Origin: Candidatus Bathyarchaeum sp. | Lineage (GTDB): Archaea; Thermoproteota; Bathyarchaeia; Bathyarchaeales; Bathyarchaeaceae | DNA length: 10,299 bases | NCBI GenBank assembly: GCA_026014495.1 | Contig: JAOZIF010000020.1 | Location: 1 to 10,299, forward strand | Direction: 5' to 3' | Part shown: positions 1-6,102 of the stretch, piece after piece | Layout of the letters: every line of letters starts with the position of its first letter | Numbering within the stretch: position 1 is the first letter of the stretch | Notes under the pieces: model-generated | The model's database searches: none | What the model saw: the letters and a program-made list of their open reading frames with translations, nothing else | What the model was told of the DNA's origin: nothing | Position numbers and translations under genes: made by a program

Positions 1-813
1 GTCCATGGGTACTGCAAATACTATGGTGTTGCTTTGGTCAAAGCTGATGTCTTCTAGGCTTGAGAGTGTACGCAGGTATAATGCTCTGTTGCTCATTTTG
101 TTCACTGCTTTCTCCAAGTTTTCGGCTGCAGTAAACTCTCCTTCACTTTTTATTATTACTGCTCGTTTTTCTCGTTCTGCTTCGGCTTGCCTTGCGATTA
201 CTCGTTTCATGTCTTCTGGCAGTTCTACTGTTTGCAGGTTCACTGAGGTGATGTCTACGCCCCAGTCTGCTGTTTCTCGGTCTACGATGTTTGCGATTTT
301 GTCTGCAACTTCATCTCTGCGTGCTAGTAGTTCGTCTAGTTCTACGTCTCCTACTACGTCTCGCATTGTTGTTTGGGCGTATTTCATGACGCTGTCCCAG
401 ACGTTTCGTATGTTTACTAGGCTGTCTTTGGTGTTTATTATTTTAACGAAGACTACTGCGTCGACTGTTACGCTGATGTTGTCTTTGGTCATGACTTCCT
501 GTCTGGAGATGTCTAGGTTGATTATTCGTTTGTCTTGTTTTAGGAATGTTTCGATGTATGGCCATTTGAAGAAGAATCCTGAACCTACAAGGCGTTGGAA
601 TTTGCCAAATCTTAGTATTATTGCTTCTTCCCATTCTTTGTTTATTGCTACTGTTGTGGGTAGAGGAAACAATGAAACCGCGGCTAAAAGACCAAACAGG
701 AATGCTGTTGGGTCTGGGTAATTTATGAGTGCTAATGCCACAAATACTAACGAAACTATTACAAAGAACGCGAAAGGCGCTGGAGAACGTGAATATTCTT
801 GCTGTTTACTCAT
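1..813 (-). CDS. Stomatin/prohibitin-family (SPFH, Band 7) membrane protein, 3' end outside the window
   Basis: Manual translation from ATG at 813 gives an open frame to position 1 (271 codons): MSKQQEYSRSPAPFAFFVIVSLVFVALALINY... with a hydrophobic N-terminus, then EWEEAIILRFGKF, GFFFKWPYIE, QEVMTKDNISVTVDAVVF, AQTTMRDVVGDVELDELLARRDE, WGVDITSVNLQTVELPEDMKRVIARQAEAEREKRA, RALYLRTL. These are classic stomatin motifs. A GAGG SD-like motif lies just upstream. Confidence 0.95.
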   Translation of the reverse strand, partial: MSKQQEYSRSPAPFAFFVIVSLVFVALALINYPDPTAFLFGLLAAVSLFPLPTTVAINKEWEEAIILRFGKFQRLVGSGFFFKWPYIETFLKQDKRIINLDISRQEVMTKDNISVTVDAVVFVKIINTKDSLVNIRNVWDSVMKYAQTTMRDVVGDVELDELLARRDEVADKIANIVDRETADWGVDITSVNLQTVELPEDMKRVIARQAEAEREKRAVIIKSEGEFTAAENLEKAVNKMSNRALYLRTLSSLEDISFDQSNTIVFAVPMD

Positions 814-877
814 TTTGTTTGCCTCTGTATTTTAGATTTAAGAGTTTTAACGGTTAAAGTTTTGTGTCAGTGAATGT

Positions 878-2005
878 CTATGGGATTACTTCGCAGCTGT
901 CATATTTCAGATGACCAAAATCGGTGATGTCGACTCTTTTTTCTTTGATTAACCTTTTGACTTGCGGTAAGGCTGACTTTAATGATTCAACATGGTTCTT
1001 GACTGTATTGCATACTAGCTCGTATGCTGTGTTGTTCCACCGTTTAGTTATGTTGGCATAGAGGCATCGTCCTCCGCAGTCCCGAAAAATTTCACAGTCT
1101 GTGCAAGGTTGCCCAACGTAAACCTGTTTTAATTGTAGTGGATGCGCGTTTTGTATGTGTCCTATGTAGTAATCTTTCATTCCGCTCATGGCTGGACACG
1201 GTATTATGTGTCCGTCTGTTTGTATGCTGTAGTTACTCCAGCCTGAGCCGCACCTTAGGCGGCTGTCTTTTTCATGGAGCAGTGAGTGCATTACTCCTAA
1301 CAGTGGGTAGAGCCTCAAAACTGTGCCCTCAGTTTCCATGATGTTTAGCCAAAAGTCTACTAGCCTTCTTAGTTGTGGATTGTAGCTGTTTTCGGTCCAT
1401 TCTTTGAAGTTTCTTTTATGAAAGTCGTTTTTCCAGAATCCTGCGTCAAGTTGCCAATGAATCGAACTGAATGCATAGTCGGGGTTGTTTAGGAGCCATT
1501 TTATGTTTTCGTAGATGTCTGTTTGTTCCATGAGCGTCATTCTGGCTACTATTTCGCCCTCAAAGCCGTTGTTTTTGATGTGGTTAATGTTCTTGATTAC
1601 TTTCTTGTAGACGCCTTTTCCTCTGTAGAAGTCTGTCAGTTTTTCTGTGCCATCTATTGAAACAAAGATTGTGGTTAGCTTGTTTACGTATTGTGTTTCA
1701 AGCTTGTTTAAGTGCAGACCATTTGTTTGGATGTTAAACTGTTTAGCCCTAACGTTGTCCATAATCTGCTTTATTTTGTCGTTACACAGCATTGGTTCGC
1801 CGCCATAAAAAATCAGAACAGGCTCAGGGTCTTTTCTGATAAACTTGTCCAGAATCTTAATTTCGTAGTTTATTTCTTCTGGAACGTCATAGTCTACATT
1901 AAAGTCAAAGTCGGCGTCCATGTCATCACATGATTTCCCGTAACAGTATCTACACTGCAGATCGCAGTTGGTGGTTAGGAGCAGATGAAAGAACAGCCAA
2001 GACAC
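878..2005 (-). CDS. Radical SAM/SPASM-domain enzyme, resembling the archaeal AF0577 family (TIGR04084-like, putative peptide-modifying)
   Basis: CxxxCxxC motif (CDLQCRYC) near the N-terminus, FYGGEP, IQTNG and VSIDG core motifs. SPASM cysteines C-X17-C (CGSG...IIPCP) and CX2CX5CX3C-X17-C (CTDCEIFRDCGGRC...C). C-terminal YDSCEVIP. The exact start is uncertain (GTG 2005 or CTG 1996). Confidence 0.88.
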   Translation of the reverse strand: MSWLFFHLLLTTNCDLQCRYCYGKSCDDMDADFDFNVDYDVPEEINYEIKILDKFIRKDPEPVLIFYGGEPMLCNDKIKQIMDNVRAKQFNIQTNGLHLNKLETQYVNKLTTIFVSIDGTEKLTDFYRGKGVYKKVIKNINHIKNNGFEGEIVARMTLMEQTDIYENIKWLLNNPDYAFSSIHWQLDAGFWKNDFHKRNFKEWTENSYNPQLRRLVDFWLNIMETEGTVLRLYPLLGVMHSLLHEKDSRLRCGSGWSNYSIQTDGHIIPCPAMSGMKDYYIGHIQNAHPLQLKQVYVGQPCTDCEIFRDCGGRCLYANITKRWNNTAYELVCNTVKNHVESLKSALPQVKRLIKEKRVDITDFGHLKYDSCEVIP

Positions 2006-2096
2006 CTCATGTTTAAACCTTTTTTGTTATTTCACGAAACATTGCAACACGTAAACCTTTTCTAAACAAAAAAGTTTACCTTTTAGCAAGAGATGA

Positions 2097-2104
2097 TTTA
2101 TATT
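2097..2104 (+). promoter_or_regulatory. TATA-like box for the 2140-3758 operon
   Basis: TTTATATT about 40 nt upstream of TTG 2140. Confidence 0.45.
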
Positions 2105-2139
2105 AGAATACTGTGTGGTTAGATTTCGGGGGCTATTGT

Positions 2140-2670
2140 TTGTCTGAGCGCGAAACAATCGATAAAGTAAAAGAAAAGCAGGGCATCTTTTCCAAGATTC
2201 AAAACTTCTTTACGTTAGGTTATGGAACAAAAGAGGACCTACGAGAGTTAGACCGAAAGCTCAGAGACCTATATTATGTTGACCTGCGTGATATGCGCCA
2301 CGTTTGGGAAGATTTGTATTTAGCGGCTTTGGATGCAGGTGCTGCTCAGAGCAGAGACTACAAGCAGGTTATCCAAGTTTTAGACCGTGTCACAGAAAAG
2401 ATTCGGCATGCCGACTATGGTTATGCTGGGTTGTGGGACCGTAAAGGTCACATACGTGAGAATGAGTTGGCTCGTGTTTTCAATTTTGATCGTGACTTTA
2501 GTGGTGAGCTTGATGGATTGAAGGCTGCTGTGGGCAAGGCTAAAAGTGAGGTTGAAGCCGAAAACTGGACTGCGGTCTCTGGTGAAGTGAAGAATGTTAA
2601 GAGTTTATTACTTACCTTTGAGGATAAATGGATTGAACGAGAAAAACAGTTTAGACCTTTAAACATGTAG
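2140..2670 (+). CDS. Conserved-looking alpha-helical hypothetical protein, first gene of an operon with the SPFH-zinc ribbon gene
   Basis: ORF track gives 2113..2670. TTG at 2140 is preferred because GGGGGC (2128-2133) precedes it and TTTATATT (2097-2104) would place transcription start downstream of 2113. The product is helical and charged (GYGTKEDLRELDRKLR, KIRHADYGYAG, IRENELARVFNFD) and ends 14 bp before the next gene. Confidence 0.8.
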   Translation: MSERETIDKVKEKQGIFSKIQNFFTLGYGTKEDLRELDRKLRDLYYVDLRDMRHVWEDLYLAALDAGAAQSRDYKQVIQVLDRVTEKIRHADYGYAGLWDRKGHIRENELARVFNFDRDFSGELDGLKAAVGKAKSEVEAENWTAVSGEVKNVKSLLLTFEDKWIEREKQFRPLNM

Positions 2671-2684
2671 GATGTGATTGTTGA

Positions 2685-3758
2685 ATGCCAATAATAGAGA
2701 AAGTTTCATGGGATTTTGCAGATTCTGAAGATATTGCTTACAGGTTTCCTAATCTTTCGCTCAAGTATGGAAGCCAAGTTGTTGTGAAAGAGAACCAGTG
2801 GGCTGTCTTTTTCCGTGACGGCAAAGCTTACGACGTTTTTGGTCCAGGAAGGCACACCATAACAAGCAACAATGTTCCTTTGCTGACTGGAGCCCTAAAG
2901 GCTCTTCGTATAATCGGCGACATATTTGAGTGCGAAGTTGTTTTTGTTAGCAACAGCCAGTTTAGAGGCAAATTTGGTGGACAAGCCTACTCTGCGCCCA
3001 GCGGAAATCTTCAGTATCAGGCAGAGCTTGGTTACTTTGGTTATCTGCTCTATAAGGTGGAGGACCCAAAGCTCTTTGTGGTTGAGTTTTTTGGTAATCA
3101 GGGCGCAAGTACATCTCGTGATGTTGAAAACTACATTCGTGGGTTCATCAACGAGAGGGTTATGGATGAATTTGCTCATCATGACATCTTTAATATCGTC
3201 AAGAACGTGGATGAGACAACAGACAAAGTTGCCCTGATAATAAAAGATGAAGCAGCAAGAATAGGGCTAAAAATTATCGACACCGTTTTTGAGGGCGTTA
3301 AAATACCTGAGGAGGCAAGACGATTCGCCACCACAATGGGACAACAAGCCATGACCCTGCAGTACATGAAGGAAACAACCGCCGAGATTCCTGAAGGAAG
3401 CGGTGGAGCCGCTGCAGCAGGTGTGGGTGCAGGCGTTGGAATCGCCATGGGAACTGCTTTAGGAAAAGCTATGCAGCCCTCTCAAGGCTCTGGTGCGCCT
3501 CAGCAGGTGGTGTTGTGTCCAAAATGTGGAACCCAGAATGTTATTGGAACTAAATTCTGTGGTAACTGTGGAACAAGTTTGGCTCCCGTAGCTAAAGTTA
3601 CTTGCCCCAAGTGCGGAGCACAGATGCCCGAGACAATGAAGTTCTGTGGTTCATGTGGTTCTCCCTTAAAGCAAGAGAAAATCGAATGCCCAAAATGTAA
3701 AGCAAAGAATTTGTCTACAAACAAGTTTTGCGGCAGTTGCGGCAACAAATTGCAGTAA
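2685..3758 (+). CDS. SPFH/Band 7-like protein (YdjI/COG4260 type) with three C-terminal zinc ribbons
   Basis: N-terminal GSQVVVKENQWAVFFRDGKAYDVFGPGRHTITSNNVP is typical of YdjI-like SPFH domains, with no N-terminal TM helix. A Gly/Ala-rich segment (GSGGAAAAGVGAGVGIAMG) follows, then three CX2CX10CX2C units. Confidence 0.9.
   Translation: MPIIEKVSWDFADSEDIAYRFPNLSLKYGSQVVVKENQWAVFFRDGKAYDVFGPGRHTITSNNVPLLTGALKALRIIGDIFECEVVFVSNSQFRGKFGGQAYSAPSGNLQYQAELGYFGYLLYKVEDPKLFVVEFFGNQGASTSRDVENYIRGFINERVMDEFAHHDIFNIVKNVDETTDKVALIIKDEAARIGLKIIDTVFEGVKIPEEARRFATTMGQQAMTLQYMKETTAEIPEGSGGAAAAGVGAGVGIAMGTALGKAMQPSQGSGAPQQVVLCPKCGTQNVIGTKFCGNCGTSLAPVAKVTCPKCGAQMPETMKFCGSCGSPLKQEKIECPKCKAKNLSTNKFCGSCGNKLQ
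3516..3743 (+). repeat. Three tandem zinc-ribbon repeats (28-29 aa period)
   Basis: CPKCGTQNVIGTKFCGNCG / CPKCGAQMPETMKFCGSCG / CPKCKAKNLSTNKFCGSCG. Confidence 0.95.
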
Positions 3759-3768
3759 TTTTGTTCTA

Positions 3769-3832
3769 TTCAGAACCTCAAAGGCGCTGTGAGTTGCTAT
3801 TTGGCTTGCGTGCTCCTTTGTGGATTTCTGAA
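3769..3832 (+). other. Long imperfect hairpin between convergent genes (terminator, processing or stability element, or small palindromic element)
   Basis: TTCAGAA(3769-3775) pairs with TTCTGAA(3826-3832), CC with GG, CAAAGG(3779-3784) with CCTTTG(3815-3820), GC with GC. An apical stem of 9 pairs (6 of them G-U) closes a CTATT loop. Confidence 0.6.
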
Positions 3833-3842
3833 AAATATCTGT

Positions 3843-5432
3843 TTACTGTGCTGGGGCGGTTTTTCTTTGAATAAGTGACTTAACTGCGTTTGCCAGCGCT
3901 TTAGTTGCCGTTTTTCTTGCCTTTATTGACCCGTCGGTTTTTTTGCGTTCAATTTGTTTCTCTAGATTTTGTACCTTCTTGATTGTGGCTTGTTTCTTTT
4001 TCTCGTATTCAGCACGGATTTTTTTCTGTTCAACCTCGGAAGTTTGTGCAGCTAACGCCAGCCTTTGTTTTGCAGCGTTTAATTCCTCGGTGACTTCCAA
4101 TCGTTTTTTGTCTTGGGACATCTTTTTGATGGGATTAAGTGTTTTGATTTGCTGTATTTTGGCAAGTTCTTCTTCTAATTGTCGCACATTTTCAATTAAT
4201 TCGTCCATGGAACTCTTTTTGTTAACTTCAATTTCTTTTGTTTGAGTGGCATATTCAGAGTCAATCACGTCAAGTTTTTTCGGTTCAACCGCGGAATTCT
4301 GCATCGCCAACGACAATCTCTGTTTTGCGGCTTTCAATTTCTGGGTGAGTGTATATTGTTTTTGTTTTAAGGCAATTTTCTTGATGGGATTGAGTGTTTT
4401 GATTTGTTGTGTTTTTTCAAGTTCTTCTTCTAGGCGCTGCACGTTTTTGATTAAGAAGTCAATGGCACTCTTTCCTCTAACTTGTAGGTTTTTGGTTTGG
4501 GCGTCATATTCGTCGTCCATCTTTCTTAGAATATACTTTTTCTCTGCTACCGTCTTTGCCGAGGCTTCAAGTTCAGCTTCATTTAATAGTCTATTGGCAA
4601 GTTCTTCTTCGATGTCGTTATATATTTGCTCACACTCGTCAGTGAAAATTTCGTCTACGTTTATTGCCTCGTTGGATTCAAACGCTAGCATAACCTGCTG
4701 AAGGTTCACCAACCAATCATCAAAGTAAACGCTAACAGGTGATTGGTCAAACACCTCATTACCCAACATCTCTAAATACTCCAAAGTCTCTGCTGTGATT
4801 TCTTCAATTTTCGCATTTTCCTCCACGGATACAACTGGCACTTCTTCAGGCACGCACTCGGCGTCTGAATCAGTCAAATCAATTGGCACTTCTTCATGCC
4901 CTAACTGGGTGTCTGAATCGGTCAAGCCAACTGGAACTTCTTCCTGCACATTGATTGTCGGGCGCGGTTCGGGTGGTGAACTGTCCTTAACTTTTGAAGG
5001 CTTCTGAAGCTTTTCTTCTGCGATTTGGCTAGCAAAGTCTTTGAATTTAGGCATAATGTCACCAACTACTGCCATCATAAGGTTGCGGTTTTTTGTTTCA
5101 CTTAGGTCCAAGACTTGTAACTGTCCATTTTCAGATGATAATATCAGGTGTCCTGTGGAGTCTATGTGTGCTTGTGTGAATGTTCCTGTTCCGATAGGCA
5201 GCTCAGATGTGGAAACTGCGATTGAAAACATCTGTTGTGGCACCTGTTTTAGCACTTCAAGGAAGTTTGCTACCAGACGTTTTTCCTTTGAAGTTAACTT
5301 AACAATTTGCTCAACATCATCCCCAACGTCTTTTAAGGATTCCACGATTTCTTCTATACTGATTTGCTTTTTGTCTAAACTTTTTGGTTTTGCTGGGGCA
5401 GTTTTCATAGTCATGGCTAGCCATTTCGGCAT
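3843..5432 (-). CDS. Large acidic/charged coiled-coil hypothetical protein with internal repeats
   Basis: 529-aa ORF with an N-terminal alpha/beta domain (QAHIDSTGHLIL), an acidic repeat linker and a long heptad-rich C-terminal half. No TM segment or signal peptide. Alternative ATG starts at 5414 and 5408. Confidence 0.85.
   Translation of the reverse strand: MPKWLAMTMKTAPAKPKSLDKKQISIEEIVESLKDVGDDVEQIVKLTSKEKRLVANFLEVLKQVPQQMFSIAVSTSELPIGTGTFTQAHIDSTGHLILSSENGQLQVLDLSETKNRNLMMAVVGDIMPKFKDFASQIAEEKLQKPSKVKDSSPPEPRPTINVQEEVPVGLTDSDTQLGHEEVPIDLTDSDAECVPEEVPVVSVEENAKIEEITAETLEYLEMLGNEVFDQSPVSVYFDDWLVNLQQVMLAFESNEAINVDEIFTDECEQIYNDIEEELANRLLNEAELEASAKTVAEKKYILRKMDDEYDAQTKNLQVRGKSAIDFLIKNVQRLEEELEKTQQIKTLNPIKKIALKQKQYTLTQKLKAAKQRLSLAMQNSAVEPKKLDVIDSEYATQTKEIEVNKKSSMDELIENVRQLEEELAKIQQIKTLNPIKKMSQDKKRLEVTEELNAAKQRLALAAQTSEVEQKKIRAEYEKKKQATIKKVQNLEKQIERKKTDGSIKARKTATKALANAVKSLIQRKTAPAQ
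4020..4520 (-). repeat. Tandem 255-nt (85-aa) intragenic duplication
   Basis: MDDEYDAQTK...LEEELEKTQQIKTLNPIKK...AAKQRLSLA versus IDSEYATQTK...LEEELAKIQQIKTLNPIKK...AAKQRLALA. DNA GATGGGATT(G/A)AGTGTTTTGATTTG occurs at 4383 and 4128, exactly 255 apart. Confidence 0.93.
4833..4943 (-). repeat. 48-nt (16-aa) tandem repeat, about 2.3 copies
   Basis: EEVPVGLTDSDTQLGH / EEVPIDLTDSDAECVP / EEVPVVS. The plus-strand core AA(C/T)TGG(C/A)ACTTCTTC lies at 4833, 4881 and 4929. Confidence 0.9.
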
Positions 5433-5497
5433 AACGTGTTCTGTGGAGAAAAACGCTTGCGTGTCTTAGAACTTGCAAACAACCTTGTCATTGTTTT

Positions 5498-5983
5498 TTA
5501 TTTATTTGCTTCTTTTTTGTTGTATTCTGTGTTTAAGATTTGGCGGAAGACTTCTATGTCGATTCCGAAGTTTTCGCAAACTTCAACGATGCTTTGGGCG
5601 TAGACGTGAAAGATTTCTTCGATTGTTTTGTTTACTAATTCTGGTGGAATCTCTTCTGTGGGTTTTAGGAAAAGGATAAACCATCTTCCAAGTTTTGTGG
5701 GAGTGTACCATTTGATTCTTACTTTTCTTTTTCCTGTTGTGACCTGCTCCATTCCTTGTTCAAGAATGTCCGCTGAGACCATCCGTTTCAAGTATTCAAT
5801 TATGGATTTGTTCGAGTATAACGTTCCATTTATGAAGTCTCTTTGGTATGTTCGTCCATCCAGTTTCATGTTCATTAAAAGGCTTTTACCTACCTTGGAC
5901 TGCAGGACGCTCCAGATTAACTTGCGTTTTTCGTTTTCGAAGGGAAACGGAAGAATATAATGCCAGACCTCGTTGTCTCCCAT
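5498..5983 (-). CDS. Putative winged helix-turn-helix transcriptional regulator
   Basis: Recognition-helix-like SNKSIIEYLKRMVSADIL, followed by a beta-wing (EQGMEQVTTGKRKVRIKWY) and TPTKLG, which is the ArsR/MarR/PadR-like wHTH pattern. A helical C-terminal region may mediate dimerisation. Confidence 0.75.
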   Translation of the reverse strand: MGDNEVWHYILPFPFENEKRKLIWSVLQSKVGKSLLMNMKLDGRTYQRDFINGTLYSNKSIIEYLKRMVSADILEQGMEQVTTGKRKVRIKWYTPTKLGRWFILFLKPTEEIPPELVNKTIEEIFHVYAQSIVEVCENFGIDIEVFRQILNTEYNKKEANK

Positions 5984-6025
5984 CTTATGTCACTAACCTC
6001 ACACGCATTAATTATTTGTGACTGC

Positions 6026-6067
6026 TAATAAGATTCTTGCTGTACTTTCGATTCAGAATTCTTATTA
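6026..6067. promoter_or_regulatory. Back-to-back divergent TATA-like boxes
   Basis: TAATAAGA(6026-6033) and TCTTATTA(6060-6067) are exact reverse complements. Each reads CTTATTA on its own strand, preceded by a purine-rich AGAA BRE-like stretch, and lies about 40-45 nt from the respective start codon. Confidence 0.55.
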
Positions 6068-6102
6068 AGTCTTAAGTCGTCATTTTCAGGGTGAATCAAG
6101 CT

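Noticed and set aside
5-721. 238-aa plus-strand ORF and the 63-aa minus ORF at 443..634
   Set aside because: Antisense and off-frame shadows of the real stomatin gene (1..813, minus). The Ser/Arg-rich composition is explained by the A-ending codons of that gene.
2668-2700. TAG readthrough (pyrrolysine) fusing the helical protein to the SPFH gene
   Set aside because: The frames differ, readthrough meets TAA after seven further codons, and no pyl genes are in view.
3769-3832. Interpreting the long hairpin as a SECIS element
   Set aside because: Neither upstream plus-strand gene has an in-frame TGA (they end in TAG and TAA), and no clear SECIS consensus is visible.
4833-4943. Regularly spaced DNA repeats suggesting a mini-CRISPR or iteron array
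   Set aside because: The repeats are in frame, degenerate at synonymous positions and inside a CDS. There are no unique spacers or cas/rep genes.
5417-5491. 24-codon minus-strand ORF (MTRLFASSKTRKRFSPQNTLCRNG) between the wHTH and coiled-coil genes
   Set aside because: No SD motif, no recognisable features, and it overlaps the next gene start. Its length is expected by chance.
1138-5679. Short alternative ORFs in the track (1138, 1712, 2448, 2895, 2926, 3179, 3500, 3943, 4246, 4795, 5041, 5473)
   Set aside because: All overlap better-supported genes on the opposite strand or in another frame, and none has recognisable motifs.
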